This document shows positions 18,711 through 28,209 of a stretch of DNA of 64,000 bases, piece by piece. Made by a program: the position numbers and the translations under genes. The stretch is taken from sequence record OP172790; one strand, written 5' to 3'. Within the stretch, counting starts at the first letter, position 1. Each line of letters opens with the position of its first letter. Below the pieces are notes generated by a model. It was not told the origin of the DNA. It ran no database searches and saw only the letters and a list, made by a program, of their open reading frames with translations. The stretch comes from Escherichia phage ECO319P1.

Positions 18711-18987
18711 GATTATTAAGTTCTACAGCGACACTTGTGCGCCTTGTAAAGCAATGGCTCCAATCTTTGACGACATTGCAGAAGAACTGTCCACAGATAC
18801 TGTGGTATTCGGTTCAACCAACATCGGTGAAAGTGACAACCGCGCTGTTGCTCAGTCATTCGGTGTTCGTGGTCTTCCGACTGTTGTGATTCTGAAAGAT
18901 GATGAAGCAGTTGGCATCAAAACTGGTGCTCAGACTAAAGATTCACTGAAGAAATTCATTACCGACACAATTGGGGAGGCCAGCTAA
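18703..18987 (+). CDS. thioredoxin
   Basis: CAPC redox motif in FYSDTCAPCKAMAP context; AGGAGAAGG RBS before ATG 18703 (track start 18667 is upstream and overlaps dcd). Confidence 0.7.
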   Translation: MYKIIKFYSDTCAPCKAMAPIFDDIAEELSTDTVVFGSTNIGESDNRAVAQSFGVRGLPTVVILKDDEAVGIKTGAQTKDSLKKFITDTIGEAS

Positions 18988-19256
18988 TGGCCTTACTTAA
19001 TCACATCCACCGCGACATGCTTAATCGTGTTATCAAACATGAAGATATTGTCGTCTGGTCAAATGGTAAGTACAACCAAAAGATGCGCTTAGCGCGTGTG
19101 GTTGATACTACACCTCAGAAGGTTCGCATCCAGTTGATTGACTCCCAGACAACCACACTGGCTCGCCCTCGGAATTTAATCGTTATCAGTGCTCAGATTG
19201 CTGCTAATCTGGAAGGTAACGTTGGTGCTAACATGGATATGGAGGCCACCCGATGA
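18987..19256 (+). CDS. hypothetical protein
   Basis: GGGAGG RBS, ATG overlapping upstream stop. Confidence 0.5.
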   Translation: MALLNHIHRDMLNRVIKHEDIVVWSNGKYNQKMRLARVVDTTPQKVRIQLIDSQTTTLARPRNLIVISAQIAANLEGNVGANMDMEATR

Positions 19257-19705
19257 TTCCTACGAAACCTAAATCTTCAAGCAAGTCAAGTACAGACACT
19301 CTGCAAAGTTTGACTGGCAACCTGACTCTGCTTTACATCAAAGCAAAGAACTATCACTGGAATACAACCGGCCCGAACTTCTACGGAGACCATCACACCT
19401 TTGATGGGATTCAGGATGGAGCATTGGACTGGATTGATACAGTTGGTGAACGTATTCGTGCACTGCAACAGGGCATCTGTGCTTGTGCTGCTGCGTATCT
19501 TGAAGATGCGTGGTTCCCAGAAGGTGACTTTGAGTTAGACGCCGAGGGAATGAAAGCGGATATGGTTAAAACTCTTGACTGTATCAGTGCTCATATCATG
19601 GACATGATTAAGAGCGGCGAATTCGATGAAGTAACCTCTAACATCCTTCAGGATTTATGTGCATTCATTGATAAGCAGAATTACTTTGTACGTAGTTCTC
19701 TGTAA
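19253..19705 (+). CDS. hypothetical protein
   Basis: GGAGG RBS, ATG start. Confidence 0.5.
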   Translation: MIPTKPKSSSKSSTDTLQSLTGNLTLLYIKAKNYHWNTTGPNFYGDHHTFDGIQDGALDWIDTVGERIRALQQGICACAAAYLEDAWFPEGDFELDAEGMKADMVKTLDCISAHIMDMIKSGEFDEVTSNILQDLCAFIDKQNYFVRSSL

Positions 19706-19711
19706 GTAATA

Positions 19712-19736
19712 GGCTGGCGGATGCTGGCCTTTTCTG
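19712..19736 (+). terminator. rho-independent terminator
   Basis: 7-bp stem GGCTGGC / GCTGGCC (two wobble pairs), GGAT loop, then TTTTCTG. Confidence 0.55.
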
Positions 19737-19755
19737 TCTATACAAGGAGTGTATA

Positions 19756-21879
19756 ATGGTTCGTGTAACTAAACGTGATGGTAAGAACGTCGAGTTTGAT
19801 ATTAACCGTGTGATTAATGCCATTATGGCTGCTCAAAGCAATTTGGGTAAATCAAACTTTGATGAAGCACTGTCGATTGCAATGGCTGTGCAAGACCGAT
19901 ACATCAACGAAGAAAGTGTAACGATTGCTGATATTCAGAGTATGGTTGAAGACCTGCTGATGGTGAAAGACCCAGAGGTGGCTCGTAAGTATATCGAATA
20001 TCGTGCAAAGCGTGACCGTGCTCGTGAGGAACAGTCCCCATTGGCGGTTGCCATTCGTGGATTAGTGGAGCAGACGGATGAATCAATCCTCAAAGAAAAC
20101 GCTAACAAGGACGCAAAAGTCTTCCCTGTACAGCGAGATTTACTGGCAGGCGTGGTGTCTAAGCACTTCGCTCGCAATTACCTTCTTCCTCGTGATATTG
20201 TTGATGCTCACGAGAGAGGCGAAATTCATTACCACGATTTGGACTACTCTCCATTCCTACCTATGACCAACTGTTGTTTGGTTGACCTCAAGGGTATGTT
20301 GAAGAATGGTTTCAAGTTAGGTAACGCTCAGATTGAGTCACCGAAATCTATTGGTGTGGCATGTGCAGTAATGGCTCAGATTACCGCTCAAGTTGCTTCT
20401 CACCAGTACGGTGGGACGACGTTCGCTAATATTGACCAAGTACTCGCACCGTATGCAGAGACAACCTTTAATAAGCACATGCAACGTGGTTATGATTGGG
20501 GGGTTTCAGATACGGAAGCCTATGCCAAAGAACTCACTGTTAAAGAAATTTATGATGGGATTCAAGCATATGAATACGAAATTAATACCCTCTTCACCAC
20601 AAATGGACAGCAACCATTCGTTACTGTTACATTCGGTATGGGAACTAGCTGGTTCGAACGAGAAATCCAGAAAGCAATCCTCAAGGTTCGTATTAAGGGT
20701 CTCGGCGCGGAAGGTCTCACTGCGGTTTTCCCGAAACTCGTAATGTTCATGGACGAGGGTATCAACCTTAAACCGGAAGACCCGAATTATGATATTAAGC
20801 AGCTTGCACTTGAATGCTCCTCCAAGCGTCTGTATCCAGATATTATCAGCGCGAAAGCTAACAGAGCTATCACTGGCTCAAACGTACCTGTTAGTCCTAT
20901 GGGGTGTCGTTCTTTCCTCAGTGTGTGGAAGGACGGAGATGGAAATGAGGTGCTCGACGGACGCAACAACCTCGGCGTTGTTAGTCTCAACCTTCCTCGT
21001 ATTGCCATCGAATCAGGGAAGGATTTCAACAAATTCCTCACTATCCTTGACGAACGCCTTACACTTGCTAAAAGAGCACTTGATACCCGCATTGAACGCT
21101 TACGTGGTGTTAAAGCTGCTGTTGCCCCAATTCTCTACACCGAGGGAGCGTTTGGAGTTCGTCTCCAACCCGATGATGATATCATCAATATCTTCAAGCA
21201 CGGTCGAAGCTCTATTAGCTTGGGATACATCGGACTCCATGAAGTCGGACTTCTGATGTGGGATAAGTCCCCTTCGGATGATGAAGAAGTTGCACGTTCT
21301 TGTCGAGCAATTATTCGTCATTTAGCTAATGCTACTGAGAGGTGGAAGGAAGAGTCTGAAGAGGGCTGGGGTTATAGCTTATACGCTACACCTTCAGAGT
21401 CTCTGTGTGACCGATTCTGTCGTTTGGATAAAGAACAATTTGGGGAGATTGCTGGTGTCACTGACAAAGATTATTACACTAATAGTTTCCATCAGGATGT
21501 TTATAAGCATTCTAACCCTTTCGACAAGATTGACCATGAAGCGCCTTATCACTTTATTTCAAGTGCGGGTCATATTAGCTATGCTGAGTTTCCGAATGTT
21601 CGTAACAACCTCCAAGGTTTGGAAACAGTTTGGGACTACGCAATGAGCCATCTGGACTACTTCGGGACAAACACTCCGAGCGATAAATGCTTGAAGTGCC
21701 ACTTCGAAGGTGAGTTCAAGATTAACAGTGAAGGTTTCCACTGTCCGAATTGCGGCAATCATGACAGCAAATCAATGTCAGTGATTCGTCGTGTATGTGG
21801 GTATTTGGGTTCTCCAAATGCTCGTGGATTTAACCACGGAAAGAACGAGGAGGTCATTCGTCGTGTCAAACATGTCTGA
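19756..21879 (+). CDS. nrdD: anaerobic ribonucleoside-triphosphate reductase (class III)
   Basis: AAGGAG RBS; N-terminal ATP-cone, C-terminal Zn ribbon CLKCHF...CPNCGNHD and glycyl-radical motif RRVCGYLGSP. Confidence 0.9.
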   Translation: MVRVTKRDGKNVEFDINRVINAIMAAQSNLGKSNFDEALSIAMAVQDRYINEESVTIADIQSMVEDLLMVKDPEVARKYIEYRAKRDRAREEQSPLAVAIRGLVEQTDESILKENANKDAKVFPVQRDLLAGVVSKHFARNYLLPRDIVDAHERGEIHYHDLDYSPFLPMTNCCLVDLKGMLKNGFKLGNAQIESPKSIGVACAVMAQITAQVASHQYGGTTFANIDQVLAPYAETTFNKHMQRGYDWGVSDTEAYAKELTVKEIYDGIQAYEYEINTLFTTNGQQPFVTVTFGMGTSWFEREIQKAILKVRIKGLGAEGLTAVFPKLVMFMDEGINLKPEDPNYDIKQLALECSSKRLYPDIISAKANRAITGSNVPVSPMGCRSFLSVWKDGDGNEVLDGRNNLGVVSLNLPRIAIESGKDFNKFLTILDERLTLAKRALDTRIERLRGVKAAVAPILYTEGAFGVRLQPDDDIINIFKHGRSSISLGYIGLHEVGLLMWDKSPSDDEEVARSCRAIIRHLANATERWKEESEEGWGYSLYATPSESLCDRFCRLDKEQFGEIAGVTDKDYYTNSFHQDVYKHSNPFDKIDHEAPYHFISSAGHISYAEFPNVRNNLQGLETVWDYAMSHLDYFGTNTPSDKCLKCHFEGEFKINSEGFHCPNCGNHDSKSMSVIRRVCGYLGSPNARGFNHGKNEEVIRRVKHV

Positions 21880-21904
21880 TGAACATCCGGATTTTTAGTA
21901 TCGA

Positions 21905-21932
21905 GGGGCTCCTGCGGGAGCCTTTTCTTTTT
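21905..21932 (+). terminator. rho-independent terminator
   Basis: Stem GGCTCC / GGAGCC with UGCG loop followed by TTTTCTTTTT. Confidence 0.7.
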
Positions 21933-21979
21933 GGAGGTTTAAATGATTGTTCGTAACCGATTGACTGGTCAATTCGAAA

Positions 21980-22483
21980 ATGCCACTTTCAAAGATGGCT
22001 GTTGGGGTTTCCATGAAACTGACGTACAAGAAGGGCTGCCTGATTGCAGCACTGAAGAACAAAGAAGTGGAAGCGATAGCTCACCAAGCTAATTGCTTTT
22101 GCACCATGAAGTCTGGCATAGCACCACAGATTGCTAATGCTTGGCCTCAAGTCCGTGAAGTCGATAAGTTGACTAACTACGGTGACAAGGATAAGATGGG
22201 TTCATACTCACTTGCCACTGTTCCCGAAGGTTTTGTGTTCAACATCTATGGTCAATACCATTGGAATCGGAGAAACGCTGGTTATGGCACTTCTTATGAG
22301 CATCTTGGGATGGGGCTGTCTAGCGTCGCTGACTTTATGGTTAATCATAAGGTTCAAACTTTGGGTCTGCCTCGAATTGGTTGTGGACTTGCTGGAGGCG
22401 ATTGGGGGATTGTAGAACACCTAATCAAACACCACTTTGCACACACCGACATTGAAGTAATTGTCTACGAACTGGAGAAGTAA
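21980..22483 (+). CDS. macro domain protein (ADP-ribose binding/processing); start ambiguous
   Basis: VEAIAHQANC and LPRIGCGLAGGDW resemble macro-domain AIVNAAN and GxGxxG blocks; strong GGAGG RBS at 21932 instead precedes an ATG at 21943 in a different frame. Confidence 0.5.
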   Translation: MPLSKMAVGVSMKLTYKKGCLIAALKNKEVEAIAHQANCFCTMKSGIAPQIANAWPQVREVDKLTNYGDKDKMGSYSLATVPEGFVFNIYGQYHWNRRNAGYGTSYEHLGMGLSSVADFMVNHKVQTLGLPRIGCGLAGGDWGIVEHLIKHHFAHTDIEVIVYELEK

Positions 22484-23610
22484 TGTTAAAGTTAAAAGTA
22501 CTGGAAGAACTCGGTAAGCCATACAAAATCTTCACAGACCATGTGGAGAGCAGTGCTATTGAGCAGTTTGTTGCAGTGATGCAGCAGCCTGATGTGAAAC
22601 AAGGTGCATTAATGCCTGATGTTCATGCAGGTTATGTTCTGCCAATTGGTGGTGTAGTTGCTACTGAGTGGACAATCTACCCATCGTTTGTCGGTTACGA
22701 CATTGGTTGTGGTGTCTGCACCATGCCAACGGATATCAGTGCTCTCGACTTACTGGAAAACCCAGCTAAGTATAAAGCAGCAGTTGAAAAGGTTGTACCT
22801 GTGGGCTTCACTGTCCATCAGCAACCATTCGACTTAGCTGAACTGGAACGCCACATTGGTCGTGCTCCAGAAAGTATTCGTGACATTGCTGAGAGCCATC
22901 TGACTCAGGTTGGTACTCTTGGTGGTGGTAATCACTTTGTTGAAATCGGTATCGCTGAGAAAGATGGTCGTGTTCACATCAGCATTCACTCAGGCTCTCG
23001 TGGCATGGGTGCTCGTGTTGCTGAGAAATACATGCAGCTTTCAGGTGGTGAAGGTATCAACCCAATTGACACTCGTGAACCACTTGGTCGTGAGTATCTG
23101 GCTGCTATGAATTACTGCTTACGTTGGGCATTGTTCAACCGTAAGATGATGGTTAAGAATATTATGGAAGAGTTAGGTCTGGAGTTTAACACCTATCGTA
23201 CACCTGATATCTTCATCAACCGTAATCATAACCACGCAGAATTCAAGGATGGTTTGTGGATTCATCGTAAGGGAGCTACACATGCTGAAGATGGAATGTT
23301 CGGCGTTATCCCAGCTAACATGCGTGATGGAGTTTACATTGTACGTGGGCGCGGTAACCCTGACTCTCTTTGCTCTTCTTCTCACGGCGCTGGTCGTGTC
23401 ATGTCTCGGTCAAAAGCCAAAAAGACTTTCTCTCTGGAAGACTTCCAGTATCAGATGGGTAATGTCGATGCTGATGGGTTTACTATTGATGAAAAGCGTA
23501 TTGACGAAGCACCGGGTGCATATAAAGACATTCACGAAGTGATGAAAAATCAGACTGACTTGATTGACATCATTGACCATGTTAAACCAGTTGTAAACGT
23601 TAAGGGTTAA
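22483..23610 (+). CDS. rtcB: RtcB-type RNA ligase
   Basis: Hallmark RtcB blocks MPDVHAGY, GGGNHFVEI, NHNHAEF, SSSHGAGR. Confidence 0.9.
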   Translation: MLKLKVLEELGKPYKIFTDHVESSAIEQFVAVMQQPDVKQGALMPDVHAGYVLPIGGVVATEWTIYPSFVGYDIGCGVCTMPTDISALDLLENPAKYKAAVEKVVPVGFTVHQQPFDLAELERHIGRAPESIRDIAESHLTQVGTLGGGNHFVEIGIAEKDGRVHISIHSGSRGMGARVAEKYMQLSGGEGINPIDTREPLGREYLAAMNYCLRWALFNRKMMVKNIMEELGLEFNTYRTPDIFINRNHNHAEFKDGLWIHRKGATHAEDGMFGVIPANMRDGVYIVRGRGNPDSLCSSSHGAGRVMSRSKAKKTFSLEDFQYQMGNVDADGFTIDEKRIDEAPGAYKDIHEVMKNQTDLIDIIDHVKPVVNVKG

Positions 23611-23612
23611 TT

Positions 23613-23861
23613 ATGAGCTTCACAACAATGCCAACTTGTCCACGCTGTAGCTTCAAGATGCACATCAGTGCTCGCGGTCAGTATAGTTGTTCCAATTGTG
23701 GACACCGTAAGGATATTCCGGGAAGTTCTTCTAACAGTGGAACTCCGGCATATGACCCTTGGGTTATGAGTCAGTACGACTCTACTCCGAGCTATGACCC
23801 AACACCATCTTACTCAAGTGACTGCTCAAGCTCTGACTTTGGCAGTTGCTCTTTCGACTAA
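23613..23861 (+). CDS. small zinc-ribbon protein
   Basis: CPRC...CSNC pair; AAGGG RBS; Ser/Pro/Tyr-rich tail. Confidence 0.5.
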   Translation: MSFTTMPTCPRCSFKMHISARGQYSCSNCGHRKDIPGSSSNSGTPAYDPWVMSQYDSTPSYDPTPSYSSDCSSSDFGSCSFD

Positions 23862-23870
23862 GGCGGAATA

Positions 23871-24371
23871 ATGAATTACCATCAATATTACCCAACGGAT
23901 ATGCTAAATGGGCCGGGAATCAGGAACGTACTCTTCGTCAGTGGTTGCACACACGGATGCAAAGGTTGTTACAATGAGTCTACTTGGAATCCAAAATCGG
24001 GTATGGCCTTCACAAAAGAGTTGGAAGACCAGATTATCCGAGACCTCCAAGATACGCGAATCAAGCGTGATGGACTCACCCTCTCCGGAGGTGACCCGCT
24101 TCATGAAAGAAATATTCTACCCCTCATTCAGTTAGTACAGCGAGTGAGAAAAGAGTGCCCCGATAAGACAATCTGGATGTGGACTGGATATACGCTTCCT
24201 GAACTGGAGGCTATGCGTGACCACACTCAGGTTCACAGTGACCGGTATTATCTGGCAACACTTGTTGATGTTCTTGTTGATGGTAAGTTTGTTCAAGAGT
24301 TGCATGACCCTACGCTGAAGTTTGTTGGGTCGTCCAATCAAAACATTATCGAAATTAAAAATGTATCGTAA
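23871..24371 (+). CDS. nrdG: anaerobic ribonucleotide reductase activating protein (radical SAM)
   Basis: CxxxCxxC cluster in GCTHGCKGCYN near N-terminus; size and adjacency to nrdD. Confidence 0.85.
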   Translation: MNYHQYYPTDMLNGPGIRNVLFVSGCTHGCKGCYNESTWNPKSGMAFTKELEDQIIRDLQDTRIKRDGLTLSGGDPLHERNILPLIQLVQRVRKECPDKTIWMWTGYTLPELEAMRDHTQVHSDRYYLATLVDVLVDGKFVQELHDPTLKFVGSSNQNIIEIKNVS

Positions 24372-24534
24372 CCTGCAACGTCGAAATCCAGAATGTGACT
24401 GGTGTTTTTGTCTCTTACAAGTTGTAAGGGGTGAAGATTATAATGACTATTATAAATGTCCGCAATGTGGTGAGACTACTCCAATGCCTCAACCCAACTT
24501 CGACGATTACGACGATTTAGATTACTTAAATTAA
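24361..24534 (+). CDS. small zinc-ribbon protein
   Basis: CDWC...CPQC pair; ATG 24361 overlaps nrdG 3' end. Confidence 0.35.
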   Translation: MYRNLQRRNPECDWCFCLLQVVRGEDYNDYYKCPQCGETTPMPQPNFDDYDDLDYLN

Positions 24535-24548
24535 GGGAGAAGAGATTC

Positions 24549-24695
24549 ATGGAAGATAAACAATCAATTGCGGAATGGTGCTATACTCAGCGTGACTTGG
24601 CTTTTGCAGAAGGTCGTGTTGATGATGGCAATAATTATCAACGCCTCGGCGCAATGTGGCAAGAGCGCGAGGAGAAGAAAGCTAAGGAGGCATAA
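24549..24695 (+). CDS. hypothetical small protein (48 aa)
   Basis: GGGAG RBS 9 nt upstream of ATG; below ORF-track size cutoff; stop overlaps next start. Confidence 0.35.
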   Translation: MEDKQSIAEWCYTQRDLAFAEGRVDDGNNYQRLGAMWQEREEKKAKEA

Positions 24696-25036
24696 TGCCT
24701 AGCTCTCCGGGATACGTCCGCAATTATAAACAAGAACGCTTGACAGCCATTAAACGCGGTGAAACAAGCGTAGGTGCCAAGTCTAAGGATGCAATGCGAC
24801 ACAAAGCTCGTCGTCTTGTTGAGAAACGACTTGGTAAGAAGTTGCCAACATCAGTTCAGGTTGACCATAAGAAAACACTGAAATCTGGTGGTGGTAATAC
24901 GAGTTCAAACTTACGAGTCCGTGATGCACATAGCAATATGTCGGCGGGTGGTAAGTCAGGTTCTCGTGCTGGTAAGGCTGCTGGTGGTCGCAAAGGTGCT
25001 AGCAAACGTTTACCGGTAAAGAAACCTAGCAAATAA
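24695..25036 (+). CDS. basic protein, degenerate HNH-like
   Basis: AAGGAGG RBS; VDHKKTLKSGGGNTSSNL resembles HNH core without Zn cysteines; Lys/Arg/Gly-rich. Confidence 0.45.
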   Translation: MPSSPGYVRNYKQERLTAIKRGETSVGAKSKDAMRHKARRLVEKRLGKKLPTSVQVDHKKTLKSGGGNTSSNLRVRDAHSNMSAGGKSGSRAGKAAGGRKGASKRLPVKKPSK

Positions 25037-25038
25037 GG

Positions 25039-25064
25039 AAGCTGCCTTCGGGCGGCTTTTGTTG
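25039..25064 (+). terminator. rho-independent terminator (UUCG tetraloop)
   Basis: AGCTGCC / GGCGGCT stem, TTCG loop, then TTTTGTTG. Confidence 0.65.
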
Positions 25065-25206
25065 TCTATGAGATTCAAGTTCTGTAAATGTTGTAACAAG
25101 TGGCTTATGCCATTTGATTTTAAACTCTCTGAGAATTCGGATGATGGACGCTTTCCGATTTGCAAAGAGTGTGTTGAAGATTTATACTTAACTCAGGTAG
25201 AAAACT

Positions 25207-25482
25207 ATGAAAGATATTATGCGTGATATGGAAATCCGTACTTACTCCACTAAAGGTCATTTTGTTGAAGCGGAAGCTCTGACAATTCTGTACCCGAGTG
25301 AAGTTGACCTGTTCGTTGAGGCATTTGTTGATGCCACTGAAAGTGAGTTAAGCTTTGCAGCTAAGCTGTATCGCTCGCAAGGTAAGCTGGACACCAACGA
25401 CCATGTAGCACGTACACTCCGCACTAACATCGCAATCCGTGACCCTAAGACTGGTCGCTTTCTGCCGTGGAGCAAGAAATAA
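25207..25482 (+). CDS. hypothetical protein
   Basis: ATG start, 91 aa, weak RBS. Confidence 0.5.
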   Translation: MKDIMRDMEIRTYSTKGHFVEAEALTILYPSEVDLFVEAFVDATESELSFAAKLYRSQGKLDTNDHVARTLRTNIAIRDPKTGRFLPWSKK

Positions 25483-25790
25483 TGATTGGCGAAATCATCA
25501 CTACAGCACGAGTAATGAATCAGAGCCGCGACACAAGAAGTGTTGCGCTCAAAGTTGCTGAAGAAACTGGTGAGTTGGCTCAAGCAGTCAACAAGAATCA
25601 GGGATATGATGAAATCGTTAGTGAAGTTGCTGACGTTATCATCGCAGTGACAGATGTGGGCTGGCAAGCTTTCCTCGATAAGTGGGGTAAATATGCACTT
25701 GACAATGATGTTAAAGAAAAATACGAAGCCGACTTAATGACCGCTATTGGTGAGAAACTGAACAAATGGGTTCAGGTGTACGGCGAGTAA
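25482..25790 (+). CDS. MazG-like nucleoside triphosphate pyrophosphohydrolase
   Basis: EETGELAQA and EVADVIIAV helices typical of all-alpha NTP-PPase (MazG/HisE) fold; ATG 25482 overlaps upstream stop. Confidence 0.6.
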   Translation: MIGEIITTARVMNQSRDTRSVALKVAEETGELAQAVNKNQGYDEIVSEVADVIIAVTDVGWQAFLDKWGKYALDNDVKEKYEADLMTAIGEKLNKWVQVYGE

Positions 25791-25804
25791 ACTAAGGAGA
25801 AGAT

Positions 25805-27640
25805 ATGGAAATCACATCAAGCTGGGACAAACCGTTCCAACTCGAACAGAAAGTGGCTCACATTATTAGCCAACAAGCAAAGCATGGATGCGACTTCAAT
25901 AGTCGTAATGCTCATTGGTATGTTCATCTGTTAACTGAACGTATCATCAACATTGATTTGCAGTTGGTTCCAACTCTGCCACCTATGATGCACAAAGGCA
26001 CTGAATACAAGGCTCCGTTCAAGATGAATGGTAAGCCGAAGGTGTTTGTCCAGAAGTATATGGACGCTCAAGGTCTGACAGAGGATATGGTAGGTGGCCC
26101 GTTTACAGCGGTGTGGTTTACCCCGTTCGACCCAAGTAAAACTTCACGTCTAAAAGATGTGATGTTGGACATGGGGTGGATGCCTACTGAATGGAACCAG
26201 AAGAAGATGCCGTTTCAACTTTGGACGTATAAAAAGCGTCTGGAGAAGACGACCTTCCGCAAGTTCATGGAAGAGCAGACAAGTACCGACGAACGTGAAC
26301 TATTTCTTCCCTTAGTTAATGGTTTTGTTGCTCAACATTTTGTTGGGAAATCAAAAGGTTACATGAAAGCAATCCTCAGTGCTCTGGGGTTTGATTTAAA
26401 GCGTGTACCGAATTTTGACCAGATTAAGAAGCGTCTTTTGTTGAGTCAGTTCTGGCCGACTTCTCCAAAAATCACTGAAGATTCATTTGAGTCAGTAAGT
26501 GAGGAAGAAGGTCATTCACTGAAACTCCTGAAAGAGCGTATGGTGTGGTCGCACCGTCGTTCACTGATTCAGGGTTTGATTGAACTGACTCGTCAGGATG
26601 GTAAAATCTCTGGTGAAGCTAACCCATGTGCAACTCCGACAGCACGTATGAGACACAAGGGTATTGTAAACATTCCAGCCGCAGGTGCTCCTTTCGGTGA
26701 AGAGTGTCGCTCATTGTTCCGTGGTAATAAACGTACTGGAACAAAAGCAAAGATTATTCATAAACTTACTGCACAGATGGTTGAATCTGGTAAGTTTCGT
26801 CGTAAACCGTTCACTAATATCATGCAGGTTTCAAATGGTAAAGGTGGATGGGAAGACGAAGGTCATGTATCATTCCTGATTCCAGCGGGGCAAGATGCTT
26901 TCGTTGGTGGTGATGGTGCAGGTCTTGAACTTCGAATGTTGACTCACTACCTGATTGCAGTATCCAAAATGCTTCTGAAAGACGCTGAGGAAGCGGGTAA
27001 TGATAAGTTAATCCGTTACTACGGTGCCGCTTTACAGTCAGCATATGAGTATCGTGAGGTTCTTCTGAATGGTGATATTCACAGTCACAACCAGAAGCTC
27101 GCAGGTCTGCCAACTCGTAAGTCAGCTAAGACGTTTATCTACGCATTCTTATATGGTGCTGGTGATGCGAACTTGGGTGGTCAACTTGGTGCAGGCCGTG
27201 AAGAGGGTGCAGCTTTACGTGCTCGATTCTTGAAAGAATGTCCTTGTATTCCAGTTCTGATTGAGTGGGTTCAGGATTTTGCCAAGAAGAATGGTTGGGT
27301 TCCGGCAATTGATGGTCGTAAACTTATCATGCGTCGTGACCCTTTCAGTGGCGAAGTTATGGCTCACAAAGCACTGAATACAATGTTACAAGCAGCAGGT
27401 TCAATCGTGATGAAATATGCAGGTTGTTATCTGACTTCTTGGAATGCTCGTGATTGCTTAGATGCACATCAGGTTATCATGATGCACGATGAATATCAGT
27501 TCACTTGCAAATGGGAAGATGTTGAAGCTTTACGTCGTAACATTGACTCGTGTGTTAAGAAAGCTGGTGAATATTTGAAAATGGAATGTCCATTAGCGTC
27601 TGACTCAATGTTAGGTGCAAACTGGCTTCATACCCACTAA
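25805..27640 (+). CDS. DNA polymerase, family A, polymerase domain only
   Basis: AAGGAG RBS; motif A GGDGAGLELR, motif C HDEYQ; no exonuclease motifs in this ORF. Confidence 0.9.
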   Translation: MEITSSWDKPFQLEQKVAHIISQQAKHGCDFNSRNAHWYVHLLTERIINIDLQLVPTLPPMMHKGTEYKAPFKMNGKPKVFVQKYMDAQGLTEDMVGGPFTAVWFTPFDPSKTSRLKDVMLDMGWMPTEWNQKKMPFQLWTYKKRLEKTTFRKFMEEQTSTDERELFLPLVNGFVAQHFVGKSKGYMKAILSALGFDLKRVPNFDQIKKRLLLSQFWPTSPKITEDSFESVSEEEGHSLKLLKERMVWSHRRSLIQGLIELTRQDGKISGEANPCATPTARMRHKGIVNIPAAGAPFGEECRSLFRGNKRTGTKAKIIHKLTAQMVESGKFRRKPFTNIMQVSNGKGGWEDEGHVSFLIPAGQDAFVGGDGAGLELRMLTHYLIAVSKMLLKDAEEAGNDKLIRYYGAALQSAYEYREVLLNGDIHSHNQKLAGLPTRKSAKTFIYAFLYGAGDANLGGQLGAGREEGAALRARFLKECPCIPVLIEWVQDFAKKNGWVPAIDGRKLIMRRDPFSGEVMAHKALNTMLQAAGSIVMKYAGCYLTSWNARDCLDAHQVIMMHDEYQFTCKWEDVEALRRNIDSCVKKAGEYLKMECPLASDSMLGANWLHTH

Positions 27641-27649
27641 GGTGATAAC

Positions 27650-27823
27650 ATGCACGGATATGGTGACAACAGAAAGGTAGACTGGATGTGGTGCTCTTGT
27701 AAGAAGTGCATGAAGTCCAGTAGCTACAAACTTTCAAACGACTACAAGGCTGAGAAGAAGCTCGGTCGTAGTAAAGCTCGTCAAATTGCTAAACAAGAAT
27801 GTCAGGAGTTAAGTTATGAGTAA
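27650..27823 (+). CDS. hypothetical small Cys-rich protein (57 aa)
   Basis: AAGGTG RBS 5 nt upstream of ATG; CSCKKC motif; below track cutoff. Confidence 0.35.
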   Translation: MHGYGDNRKVDWMWCSCKKCMKSSSYKLSNDYKAEKKLGRSKARQIAKQECQELSYE

Positions 27824-28058
27824 GACACTCACTAAAACCACTTGGGAAGTCGTCACAACGTTTTCTTGGGGTAACCAAGTCAAATCCTCATACCCAACAA
27901 GAAGTCAAGCCAGAAGTGGTCTGAAGAGCGCTAAAGCTACTTATGTGAATGGTAAACCACCTTCATATATTGAATCAGTTGATTTATTCCGAGTTAAGAC
28001 TCTCACTGATGTTGTTGGTACTGGCGAAGCAGTTGCATTTTATAAGAAGGCGCGTTAA
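27816..28058 (+). CDS. hypothetical protein
   Basis: AGGAG RBS, ATG start. Confidence 0.5.
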   Translation: MSKTLTKTTWEVVTTFSWGNQVKSSYPTRSQARSGLKSAKATYVNGKPPSYIESVDLFRVKTLTDVVGTGEAVAFYKKAR

Positions 28059-28059
28059 T

Positions 28060-28209
28060 ATGGAAAAGAAATTTTATTGGTTACACAGTTTCCTCGTTTC
28101 CTCTGGCAAAGAGCGTAAGCTGATTCAAAAGATTTACGACGATGAAAAGGTTGCTAATGAAAACCTAGTGCTGATGGGTGGCGCTTTAAATAAACTTGTG
28201 GAGGTATAA
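28060..28209 (+). CDS. hypothetical small protein (49 aa)
   Basis: AAGAAGG RBS before ATG 28060, directly after upstream stop. Confidence 0.35.
   Translation: MEKKFYWLHSFLVSSGKERKLIQKIYDDEKVANENLVLMGGALNKLVEV

Noticed and set aside
19756-21879. Possible group I intron or intein in nrdD
   Set aside because: The reading frame is continuous for 707 codons with ATP-cone, zinc ribbon and glycyl-radical motif in the expected order; no interruption seen
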